Below are positions 51,601 through 64,000 of a DNA stretch of 64,000 nt, in pieces. Positions within the stretch are counted from its first letter, which is position 1; each line of letters opens with the position of its first letter. Below the pieces are notes generated by a model. That model was not told where the DNA came from. It worked only from the letters and a program-made list of their open reading frames with translations, and ran no database searches. This DNA comes from Raillietiella orientalis (Eukaryota), in assembly GCA_036172245.1 (NCBI GenBank), contig JAYWIR010000029.1, positions 682,001 to 746,000 on the forward strand. Direction: 5' to 3'. The position numbers and the translations under genes were made by a program.

Positions 51601-54600
51601 GTCAACATCAGTGACACTGTACATTGGGGTTTCTGTCTGGACAGCTTCATCTGAATGCTGGCAAAGGGGGGCCCTTGTTGAATGGAGATGTAAAACTGTC
51701 ACCTGATTTTCAAGTGCATTTTGTTGATTGCTTGCCTGTATGATTGGATAATCCTACACACAAAAAAGAATATTTTTGAACTTCCATTTTCCCTACCTCA
51801 GTAGAATTTGAAGTAGAAGATGCTACATTGGCTACTATTTTTTCAACTGCCAAGAGCATATCATGCATAAACATATATATCTCAAACTTCGTCATTTCTT
51901 CAAGCAAATCCACTCCTTGGTCTGCAAATTTCTGTCTGTGATGAGAAAACACCAGTCAACATTACATAAGTAAATCCCATTCCCCAATTTACATAGATTT
52001 CCTCTGGATTCAGGTAACTGCAACTGTGATATAATTCACTGCACTATACCACAGTTAGAGTTCCTACATCCAAAGAGACATAATACCATAAATCAATTCT
52101 ACTATCCATCCCTAAAATGCAAACAGACTTTATGGTGCGTACTGTGGTCAAGCCAGTGGATGAGTATAGGATCTAGTCACGACTACACATATACGTGCAC
52201 TACATCCACACTCATCTTCTGAAGTGCCACTTGTTTGGAATACACCAAATATGCAGATGTAAACAAATCTCTACTTGCCTACTCAATAGTTCCGAGCTTT
52301 CAGTAATTCTTTCTAGCTCGTGGAACAATTTGAGTGACTCAAATTCTTCCTCCTGTTGACTCAACGCTTTCTTTAAGTTGCATATTCTCTCATTGTCTTG
52401 TTCCAGTTGAGCAGTTAACTGACACTTCTGTGCTCTCAACACAGCTTTTGGAGTGTTTCCTGGCAATTCTGCAAAAAAGGGAATACTCCTGATGTGGGTC
52501 TTAGAAAACATAAATATCATTAAGATGCAGATACCTATCATGAAATGTAACAAATGATTCTCTTGAATACATATTGTTTGGAGGGGTACGTAATGCCACA
52601 GATTCTGAAAATACACAGAGAACAAAACAGATTTCGAAGATGTTTTTGTTAAATAGCAAACCTCTACAATCAGGAATCGTTATTTCCCTTTTCAGGATAC
52701 ATGTAGGTTGCTGCTTTTCATGTTGACACCATCTGCTGGTGGTTGGTGCCCATGTAAGTCTCCTTGTGGATGTTTCTGTCTAAATAAAATCTGATGCTGC
52801 TCATTCATCTCATTTGTTTACCAGAATGTTAAAACTGGCACAAGAATTTAGCTTTGCTGTTACTAATTTGTTCCTACACTTCTGATAAGTTTGATTCATT
52901 TCTTCTTCCTTTTTTCTAAGAAGTGATTCAATCTCTTTCCTCTTGGATTGCTTTTCAATCTAGAAAATTACTTATGTTCTCGTTGTGAGACTGTCATTAT
53001 ATTCTCAGTCACCTCAAGAGCACTGCGGAGCTTGGTAATTTCTTGTTGCATGCGTTTGTTATCAGATTCCATACGTTTCAACATTGCAGCGTCAGACATC
53101 GTATCATTAATCTTTGGACGGTTAGTAATATTTTTTGCTTGCGTTGCAAATCTTAATGCACTATGGGAATAGTCCACAAACTCAATGCAGGGATTGATTG
53201 TGCACAAAATAAGTGTCTTGGCATTTCCACCCAATGAGTTTTGCAAAATTCTTGTCAATTTTGATTCTCGGTATTTTACAAATTCGTTTCTAAATAACAA
53301 TATATATACATATATAATGTGATTTGGGCAATACTTACCCATCTGAAAGTTGCCTTATCACTTGACTAAGAACAAACAAACTACGATTTATATTGCAACC
53401 TTCTTTCAGTCTGTCTCCCACAGTACCTAACTGAGATACTTTTTCTGACCCTACAAAAACAAATCTTGATAAACCTTAACAATACCAAGAAAGACTTTCA
53501 TTGCAACTTACATGCATCCAAAACAAGGAATTTATGCATAAGTATAACTAAAACTACAATCAAGCAGTTATTGTTAAGCAATGCTAATAATTGCTTCTAC
53601 TTAATGGGTACAAACTTAATGGGATAGCATAGTTTGCACACTGTGCAAACTATGCTATCATTTGCAAACTTCAAAAACAATTGTCAATAAATACTGATGA
53701 ATTGCACACAAACACTCATAAGATAAAAAGTTCACTTTGTTTCTAACAATCTGTTTCTGAATTTGCTTTGACTCAAAGAAAAGAATTTCTAATTGATGGT
53801 AAAACAAAGATGGATAAACTTATACATCCAAAATACCAAAACACACAACAATGCTCAATAGTGCTTTTTTAAAAAGAACCAGACTCTTAATGGAAGGTTC
53901 AACCTTTTGGGCATCATTGTACTATTCAAAAAATTGAAAAATGGAAAGTCTTCCTTGAATTGAATTGAACTTTTTTACTGAATTTGTTTAAAAGTGACAA
54001 TCTTGAAATTCACGGACATAAAACATTATATGAAAGACTGAAAGGTTTCTTCTAAATTTATTTTAATCATTTCAGATAACCTTTGTAATTATGAAAGATC
54101 ACAACAAAATACTTAAGTAAAGTTCAAAGAAAGTTTCAAAATAATAACATGCCTATTAGGAACCGCAAGCATCGCAGTTTTAATTAACACTAAAATTAAT
54201 TAGATTGGATTTCATTAGTTTATTGCAAATTAAATTAACGATATAAACAAGAAAATGAGACAGCATTGGATTTTATCAGACAATTAAATGAAAGAAACAT
54301 TAGGGCTTAAATTGCTGTTATTTTAAAACAGCAATTTACAAACTAACAAATGACTCATAATGCAAATGAATGTTTCACTTATTGAAAATTCACATTGGTA
54401 AACACCACCACTGGGCACTGTATTCTCTTAATCATTCTCACCTGCCAGATCAACTAAATTCAACTGTGAAACTGTTGCTTCCCAATTTGATTCTTCTTGT
54501 CCTTGCTCTCGGGATTCAATAATCTGAACAAATGTTCATTGTAAACAATCAGTGTAAACACTTTTAGACCCACCATGCGAAATAGGGTATGTGATCTTGA

Positions 54601-57600
54601 ACTTCTATCATTTAATTTTGTATCTCCATAGTGCCTTTCCTTCTCTCCTTGCTTAATTAAATTTAGTACCTAGTAAAAATTGAAAACACGACTTGAAACA
54701 GTTTTGGGAGATACCATGTCAACTGAGGTCACTAGTTCCTCTCTTAAATTTTCAACATATATTTCTCCATCTTTTTCTCGTATCTGTAGATTGGCAACTT
54801 TGTCCCTTTTCTCTCCCCCACTTAAGAGATCATAAATGTTTTCGTTATATATTTCCAAATATGAAATTCTAGAATTTTCAGTGCTAATATTTTCGCTTAT
54901 GCAATTCTACCTCAATAAAAATTCCCTGTGAGGGCATCTTTCTATCCAATCAAATATAGCATTAACAGAATGAGACATAATGCCAGGAGATGCATCTGTT
55001 CCCATCATGGTAAAAGTTTTGCCTAGAAAAGTTTCAAGTATTATTCCTACAAGTCAACAGCTTGCCGATGTAAAAATTACTTGGTAATCCATCTAAAACT
55101 CAGGAAAATTTCACTTGGAAAAAAAAAAAAAAAAACTCTTGTAAGATTCAATAACATATGTGAAAACAAACACAGAAAACAACAAACTGCCATAATTAGA
55201 AACTAGTTGTCTTGTTATTTTAAATAATTCAGTTATGACAAAGCTCAAGAAAGGGCCATAACTCATTAGGAAAACTTCACATTGGATCCTAAAAAGACAA
55301 ACAAATGTAGGTGTACAGTGTGATCAACAGACAAAATATTACACGGCACTTGTTACCACAAGGCACACAACAATTGGAACAGTTACACATTAACCATACA
55401 GGAATGTATAACATTCAGATATCAACTACAAAATAAAGTTTACATTTTTTTCAATATGCTAATAAATACTTGGGGACCTTAGCAAATAAGTGGCATACCA
55501 CACATGTATGTCTCCAAAAACACTCTGAAAAACATGAGGATGCTTCAGATAAAGAGGACTCTATAAAATGTTACAACAGTTTGTAACATTGCATAACCAT
55601 CCATTCCTTAATCTGCACATTTTATAACACGAAATATTAAAATCAGACTTGGTCATTTTTTTGAAAAATATATCAAAGAATGACCATGCAACATTAAGAT
55701 AGTAAAATGAATTTAAAGTTATAACCAAATCAACACCACATTCCAAAATATGAGCTTTGTTACACTTTCAGTTACTATATTGCTTGTTCTTTGAGAAAAG
55801 ATTTTTTTATCAAACAAGTTGCAGTTTGTACCATTTGCAGTTTTACTGAGAAATTTTACATGCATTTATATTATTATCAATATTATTGCATTCTTAATCA
55901 TCTCCTGTTACTAATCAAGTATCAGCTCCTATTCTCGCAGCAACTCACCAAAACACCAAAACTGTGGATATGCATGCATTTCAATAGTGTTCATACTCAG
56001 TTTCAAGAATGTTATGGTTAATGTGTAACTGTTACCCATGTATTTTCTTCCAATACACCCATAAACAATACTTACATCTTGTTAAGCAATATAACATAAA
56101 ACTGAAAGCAGAAATCCTAAAAATGTCAAGAAACAAGTATAAAAAACACTAAAATATCAGATCTTTTACATATCACTAGCAAATGAATTACACAAAAATG
56201 CGTACAATTGTACAAAAGATCTTATTTATTTATAGAAACACACGAATACTGAAGGATCATTTGATTTTTCATCATCAACAAGATGCAAATACAATTCATT
56301 TGGCAGTTCCAAAATTTCTTTCACAAATCAGCATAAACTAAAACAAAGGGCGCATTTAGAATTTATTTCTAAATGTAAAATGAAAAAATTAGAATTCAGT
56401 GAAATCTCGAATTAAATTCCAAAATTAGTAGGATTTAAATGTCACCCAGGAAGCCATCATTAACCTTAAAATGTTTCTACACAGTTTCCAGTATTTGTTT
56501 TATAACATGCAACTGTGAAGATTAAACAGGGATTCTAAGAACACAAATGTTTTAGGCAATTTACATTCAGTCAACTTTCAGTCCACAGGAACAATTATAA
56601 AAATTCTGAACAAAAATGAACCTTCACAACAGTACACTGAGAATCGGACATAATAAAAATATGGTCACTAAAAAGTAAACACGCTAAAAGAGCATATAGT
56701 ACTCCAAGAAATTACACTATCAGCTAGATTATCAATAAAAGAAAAATTTCTTTTATTTAACAACATGTTTTCATGCATGAAAATTTCCTTAAAGGCATCC
56801 CCCACCAATTCAGCTTGACTAATTTTGCGAATATCGTAAGCATCTATAGATAACTAGTAACATAGATAATTTACCTGATGATGTTGGTCCATAAGCAAAT
56901 ACACTGACATGGAAACCTTGCATACAATCATTAATTATAGGAAGAACTACATCCTGGAATACTTCATCTGTTGACCACTCTTGATCAAACACATGATCTA
57001 GAATTCATTTTAATTAAAATCATCTACAAGGAAGACACTTTGTATGAATTGCTTGCACAATTCTTTAATTTTCCAACAAAAATTCATAAGTAACTTCATA
57101 GGCATGTATTCATAAGCAACTTCATAAGTAATGAACTAGCTTATGATTTTTTAATGAAAAAAGTCCAACATCTCAAAACTGTATTCATAACAAGGAAAGT
57201 ATTTTACTAGAAGTTCTGGTATAACTATGTATACACATTAAACAATGAAACCAAAATGAAGATAATATAGCTTATTGTTTTTCTATGCCAGACTATTCCA
57301 TATTTTTTTACTCAATAACCATTATAGCAATATGTATTTAAATTAAATTTTACAAACACCAATGTTTTATGAAAACAAGGTTCCAATTGAATAAATTATT
57401 CTGATTAAATGAGTGGCATTCAACTTAGTACTTGATGCTTTGATCATTTAAGAAAATTCCAAGAGAAAACTTTCATTTAAAAATTTCAAGCTTTGTTCTT
57501 ATTTTCTGCAAAGGTAATAATGGTTTCATTCTTAATGCCAAACTTTTTCATGAGGAAAACCAAAAACATTTTCACTTCCCTGAATTCATTCACACACTTT

Positions 57601-59423
57601 GACAAAAGACTTTTGCTCTCTTGTTGTTAAACAATGCTTCTTTTAGAAACCTACTCAATCATTTTTAAATCATCATTTCCAAAAATCACTTCAGAATCTC
57701 CAGCAGCTTTCTACTTTGAACTCTTGATGGTCTTCAAGTTATGGTTATACATAAGATTAAAAAAAGGAATAATAATTTGGAAGAAATGCAGATAACCGTT
57801 TGATTTTGAGATAACTTGATTACTAATCAAGTATCGGCTCTTATTCTCGCAGCAACTCACCAAAACACCAAAACTGTGGATATGCATGCATTTCAATAGT
57901 GTTCATACTTAGTTTCAAGGATGTTATGGTTAATGTGTAACTGTTACCCATGTATTTTCTTCCAAGACACTCATAAACAACACTTACATCTTGTTAAGCC
58001 ATATAACACAAAACTTACAATAGAACATGAAATTTTAATGAAACTTTGTTCCATTCTATAAATATCACTGCATATTTTCAACAAAAAATTTACAAATTAC
58101 TCTAATGATTTAGAACAGTTCAAATTTAATTTGATACTGTTATTCATTTTTCATTAAATGTGGTAAAATTTTATATACATCTGTATATATAAAGATGACC
58201 ATGATTAATTGAAAATTGCTTTATTTATCTTTCTGATTTGTGAGTAAGGATTCATTTGTTTTCCATGCTCGTAAGTGATCTAAAACCTCGAAAACCTGAG
58301 ACTTTATTTTGCGACTCAAATGGTGCCAAGACTTCCAAGGACTAGGTGAATCAACTTTCATTCATACCATGGTTCACAATCACCATAAATAGTTATTTAT
58401 GGTGATTGTTGCTAATCATTATCCATATTTTCAATAGTTCATTGGATACTTCAATAAATTAGCAACATCCCTGCAGTCCCCTTCATTTAAAATGTAATAA
58501 GTTTTGAGAACAGGGCTTATGTATTCTCAACACTTGAGTGTTACTTTCAGATTTTCAAAATATATTGCCTCGTCACTCCAAAATCTTCCTGCATATTGAA
58601 TGAAATTCATCTTTTCTATTTATAAATTGTCTTGGACGCATATTCAAATTTCTCAATAGAAAGATTGCAGAAATTGCTGATATACCATAATGTACTACTG
58701 CAGAAGTATACCAAGAAGTCAGCATTCTTACAAGAACTCATTGCGCTTTATATTTAATTCTAAATAAAAACCAAAAGTACACAAAATCATCCCTTTGAAA
58801 ACAAGATCCCACTTATTAAAAACTATAAAAGGGTGCACTCTGGCACACAGAATACAATATTATTGGGTGATTTGAGTGAACAGTTCAAGTGAGATCAATA
58901 ATGCAAACAAAGAGAACCATTTTAATAACCACCTACTTATAAGTAAAACTTAACTTGATGACTGCAGCATTGATAAAAGTGATAGCATGTAAATAAATAT
59001 CTAAATAGCATATAATTATCCATACAATGATTCTGGCACTGCTTTCAATGCTTCCTCAATTCTCATTGCATGCGTTCTGCATATAAACTAAGAAAACTAT
59101 TAAAAGCACATGAATCTAAGGAATATTCATGGAGAATGAATAAAATTTTCTTAGTATCTACAGACAAAATTGGCAATGAGTCTTTGCTTTGGCGAGGACC
59201 TCATTGCCAAAATGTTCATCAGAACAAGCTGATAGCTTATACTCACGAACTCTAGATAGAGTCCGATTAGTGTTGCGTTTTACTTACCAAAATGGTAAAC
59301 ATGTTCTGGAGCTTTCCCACTATTACGATGATCAATGTGGGATATCGAATTTTGATTCGACACCTTCCACTGAGAACACTCAGATGGTCTTAATCTCACC
59401 GATACTTTAATTTTATCATTCAT
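48644..59423 (-). CDS. CENPE: Kinesin-7 / CENP-E-like motor protein with a long coiled-coil stalk; 3' end approximate
   Basis: Exons: 59423-59288 ([13 protein letters not shown]), 56997-56875 (FDHVF...[10 protein letters not shown]), 55022-54911 (KTFTMMG...REFLLR), 54868-54715 (ISYLEIYNE), 54669-54574 (NDRSSRSH), 54523-54442 (LNLVDLAG), 53450-53339 (SE...[11 protein letters not shown]) and 53289-53013 ([20 protein letters not shown]). These are followed by the RRLTWAP motif (~52770; CENP-E-type RRxTW) and a large coiled-coil exon. Kinesin identity is secure; CENP-E orthology is inferred from motifs. Confidence 0.85.
49063..51702 (-). CDS. Large coiled-coil exon of the CENP-E-like gene
   Basis: A ~2.6-kb open frame rich in E/Q/K/L heptads starts right after the acceptor aaaatcag|GTG at 51702. 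A probable 41-nt intron at 49062-49022 shifts it into the 48644-48991 frame; otherwise it stops at 48934. Confidence 0.85.
55908..56103. repeat. 196-bp direct repeat, copy 1 (kinesin intron 2)
   Basis: Ungapped match to 57820-58015, with about 9 substitutions counted by eye. Confidence 0.92.
57820..58015. repeat. 196-bp direct repeat, copy 2 (kinesin intron 1)
   Basis: Ungapped match to 55908-56103. Confidence 0.92.
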
Positions 59424-62400
59424 TGCATAACTGATACATTACAACGTAATTTTTTGGCACGGAAAAGTAGAGATCTTTATGATCCAGGTCAAAGAACACT
59501 ATAAATGAGATCAGGCAACACACTTGTCAGATTTCAGCAATCATTACTTTTTCCATACCCTTCGTATTCGAAGTGTTCGGAAGAATCTCATCGGTACTAA
59601 TCAAAATTAACAATTCATATAGTAATAAAATCAAGATACCGCAGTTAAGAATCTGACCTCACAACTCTTTCCATACTATTTTACCGTTGAGCACTCTTTT
59701 TGAAATTTCACACCACAGGGTTGGCAAGTTCAAATACATAAATCTAAAATATTTTTCTTTAAAATAATATTTCAGCTTGACTTCAGATTATATCGATCTC
59801 CATGAAAAATAAAAGACTAAACCACAATAATAAAAAATCAATTGGAACGAAAATTCAAAATAATGTTGAATCTATAGCTGATAAATTTGAAAATGGGTTC
59901 CTAAGAAATTAGAAAGCTACAGCTCACTCAACTGAAAGAAAGGTTTCATTAATATTCCTTGCTATGATTCTTTTTAAGCAAAATACATGGAAGGACTAAC
60001 CAATTATTTAAGAAACGAACTAATAATCTGTGAAATTTTAGAAAGTTCTGAAAATACCAGTGCAAACAGAAAGCTTCCTTGATAATCCTAATTACTTAAG
60101 AATATGTGATATGATCAAATAATAACACAAAATTAGCAGAAGGAAAATTCGTGTCTAAGAAACGAAATACCATTTCATGAAATTCATAATTGCATCTATA
60201 AAAAATAAGTAATGGTAATGACATCCTAATTAATCTATCAAGTATAAAAAGCAGACCTCTTACAAAATTAAATAATGTGAGAATGTTGATCTTCTTATCA
60301 TTTCTTTCTTGCTATGGGTGCAAATTTTAAATATGAAGTTTATTTATTATAGATATACTTCAACTTCGTTTATTTCCTTTGTTTTCCTTATCTAGATAAC
60401 TGTGAAGATTTCTTTCAAGCTTTGTTCAATTCCAGCGGAATTAACCAAAGGTTATTGCAAAACCTATCATTCTTTAAATAAAGCTGTTAAGAATATTCGT
60501 CTTGCTTTTAATTTTTTGAAATGAATGAGAAACAGTACAGTAGCTTCCTTTTGATAAAACAATACTTTCCTTTTTGTTTCTAAATGCATATCTCTTGATA
60601 CGTAGCAACAAAAATAACATAGTTTTGGATCTTCCTCATCGATGCAGTCATAGTCAATGGATAGAGCGATGAGCACTAATCAACGATATCAAAATTATCG
60701 TCCTATTTTCTAGTGATTTCTCAAAGATATTGGAATCAGGATATGAAACTAGAAACAAGAACATATAGTTTTTTTCTTTTTGAGCTATTAGGTAGCAATG
60801 AGGTAGATATTTGTTATCTACCTCATTGCTGTGGTAAATAACAAAACAAGTTTGTGGATTTTCCAATTGTTTTGATTTCATTAGCTGTCTTTAGATGGTC
60901 TGAAGATACTGAAGCATCTATTTTTGAAGAAAAACTTTGAATGTCGAACTCCAGAAGCTTCTTTACTGATGAAAGCAAATGATCATTTTTTTTTTAATAT
61001 TGTGCACCAAGACGTTGACTGCTGCCTAAATTTAGTCTCCACTAAACAACAAAATATAACTCATGCTTTATTCCTTGAAATGGATCATCAAAATAGGTTG
61101 AATTAGAAAATTGAGAACGAATTATTCAGTTATGAATGCATTGTTTAACTCAAACACCTTATTCAAAGAACAATTCTTTAAGGTTGCAAATAATTCGAAT
61201 GTTTTGGTGCATGTGAATATAGAAAACATTGTAAATATTTCTGAAATTTTCTGACGATGTATTTGTGAATACTTGTAAAATATCCACTGATGTATTTGTA
61301 GGTAATTGCAAAATCTTTATTGCAGTCATCAAAGTTTCACCGAAAACGATTTTGCATGGGAATAAAAGCATAGGGAAAAGACTTAGTGAAGAATACTTTA
61401 AATCTGCATTTGGTCCATCAAATGGGTTGTTTTATGATTGTGATTAGTGATTTCATTTCACAGAAACAGATGCTAAAAGCAATCTGGACAAAGATTCAGT
61501 AACCTAATGTGATTATAGGGAAAAAATAGCTTATGTCCTAAGGTCTTTGGGACGCCTTAAGAATTGCAAGAAAAGACAGAGCAACAGAATTCAAGAGCTA
61601 GGAGTGCATTCTTTGCCACTCCTAAATAATTATAATCCTGTGATGTGTGTGATATATTGTTGATGTGTGATTCGCAATCATTCATATTCAAAGCATCCCA
61701 AAACTTACATGAAATAGTAAGTGGAAGATTAAAAAACAAACTAAAAAAATAAAAGTCCAGTTCAAACTAGAAAGAGACTGTACGTAGCTTCATGAGCACT
61801 GGATATGAAAGTGACGGCAGCAAGAAGTGGAACCATTAAGTCTGAAAAGTTCTTAAAACAAAGAGAAGCATATTCCTGAGACTCACCGTAGCAAGTAGTC
61901 CACTGGTGAAGTGATGATTACGTTGTGTTGTGTGTTGATTAGGTTGTGTTGAATGGATTGCTGACAGTATGAAGATTGTATCAGGGAAATTGTATTAGGA
62001 ATTAGGTAGATTGGAAGTATGTCTCAGTAGAGGAATCCGGACATTTCCTAAGCAAGAACTACGGGTTCTCTGAATTTTTTGTAATATAAAAGTTTCAAGA
62101 ATTTCAGATTCTCTTTCTGAAGATTTTTCGAAGTTAATTTACTTTACGAGTTGAGAAGTAAATGTATGAAGAATACGTAGAGACCATTTTTTGGAGCGAA
62201 GTGTCTTTTTCTGAGCTTTCAAATAATAGCATGCAAATAGCTATTGCTCTAGACCCTTTATGCTGAGCTTCAATCTAATTTTCTGAAACAAAAAGAGGGA
62301 AGAAGTTTCCTCGTAAAGTTTTTACTTTTCCTATTAGAGAGCACAAAAAGTCTAAATATCGTTCAAGTGTTTGGTTCCCCACTATTCTGTTTTCAAAGCA

Positions 62401-64000
62401 GAATGATAAGTTAAGGATGCAAGCTTACAGGATGCTTCAAGTCTACGAGCCAACTGGCTGTTTCAAAATCTAGAAGTCACAAGTATGGCGTTTTGTAGGG
62501 GAAAGCACATTTCCTCATTGGAACGTTAGCAACTGGTTTTCGTATCACCTAAACAAGACCTTAATCAACCCCAAGGAATCGAAATAAGCTTAAAGTCAGC
62601 ATGTTAGAAGAACAGCTTTGTTCTCCAGATATCCTTGATCATTCTTTATTGGTACTGAATGACTAACCCTCCATCTTTTATTTATGTTCTGTATATAGCT
62701 AATCGTTCAATGACCTGGTTATCAAGTCTATTCCTTAGTTGATCAAGAGAATAAATAATATATTCGTCCTTATATGTAGATGCATATATATTTTATCATT
62801 CTGATAGTTACCATAAATCACCTGGATAACCACTCAAAAAATATCCTACTGAATACCTCAATCAGCATCTCGAGGCAAATGTCTAGATATTTCTAGTTTC
62901 CGATCCGAGAATTTCTGTGGAATATTTTCCTACTTTTTTCCCGAAGCTCCATGCACCTAAGTGGTAGCAGTAGCTTCAATCATGATGTCCCCTGCACTGA
63001 GAGGCCACTTCCCTGCAGTGATGCATGATATTGGATATTCTCTTTCTTAAGCAACATGCCAGAGACCCTTAAGATTCTTTCTTGCCAAATACTATCTAGT
63101 CATTTCTTTTAACTCTTGGAGTCTAGCTGGAGTCACAGGGGCACTTTCAAAGAGGGAAAGCGAAAGGTATGTAAAGACGCGTAATGCGTCCTTGTATTGT
63201 CATATGTATCGTACTGTGCAGATAAGAGATTGTAAACTGAATTGAGTCATTTTGATATCCGAGTTTTCTTTTGAAGCTGCTTCAGTCTTTGCACTTTGAA
63301 CTTATTCCGTGAGAGGCTCGATGTGAAGGTTGTGACACTCGAATTATAAAGCAGACATCAAAAAATGTGGTTGTTTGGTGCACTCCACCGGGATATTGTC
63401 TAAAAGCCTTTTTTCCCTTATCTCTCTCTGTTACTTCTGAAACGGTGCTATTGAGTTTTGCACTTGAGCAAGAATTTGTGCGTTCCTAACGTCCGTCCAG
63501 TCCTGAAGAGCTCTTCAATCATTGATTAAGAATCCACCTCACTATTGCTGCACCACGTGGGTGTACAGGTAGCACTTATCGAATAATCTGCATCGACAAA
63601 GTAATAGTTGTTCTGATTTTTCTGCTAGGAATCGTTTCCCTTTCCTCGACTTGTCATTTAGGGATGCAGACTGTCAGACTAGTGTGGTGGACGCTACAGT
63701 TAACACGCATTCAAACGAGGAATCATTCAGCTGATTTAACTCTTTAAAGAGTGGCTTGAAAAAAATGTCTCTAAATCCCTTCAAGTAAACTTTTTAATAT
63801 GACGTTTGGCTTAGACTGCATCTTCTTGACGAGCTCAAGCGCAGGAACACTTCTGGTTAGTTTTAAGAATCATCTAGAGATTGCTGGTTTCTAAAGCAGC
63901 TAGCGAAGCCATCTGCACAACATCCCAACGCCTTCCAACAGGAAGTCTTCAAACAGGGACGAATTTCATATTGTGAAACGCTATTCAAGAGTTTTTCTTC

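Noticed and set aside
59791..59797. DRE-like TATCGAT upstream of the kinesin start
   Set aside because: It is a single 7/8 match in AT-rich DNA with an unknown TSS, and cannot be distinguished from chance.
60400..64000. Possible further intron-rich gene at the right end
   Set aside because: Some donor/acceptor-like pairs exist (e.g. ~63166-63221, plus strand), but I could not assemble a stop-free frame or recognise a product. This is unresolved rather than excluded.

Overview
This is eukaryotic genomic DNA, probably from an arthropod, with two sharply different compositional domains. The left ~33 kb is GC- and CpG-rich. It holds a two-exon engrailed-class homeobox gene (minus strand, EH1-EH5 intact), a tRNA-Thr(CGT), a perfect inverted repeat with 269-bp arms, and a cluster of decayed retroelements. 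That cluster includes a recurring tRNA-headed modular repeat, L1/Tx1-like 3' fragments and a NeSL/Utopia-like RLE fragment. A decayed piggyBac element lies at the compositional boundary. The right ~30 kb is AT-rich and holds two minus-strand housekeeping genes with many very short (39-55 nt) introns: SMARCE1/BAF57 (dalao-like) and a CENP-E-like kinesin-7. The most unusual signals are (i) three copies of the tRNA-headed repeat, two interrupted at the same site by an antisense L1/Tx1-like 3' end of different length, (ii) perfect palindromes at several scales, and (iii) a GCCAT (Pho/YY1) cluster upstream of engrailed. All coordinates, alignments and family assignments were made by eye; no searches were run.
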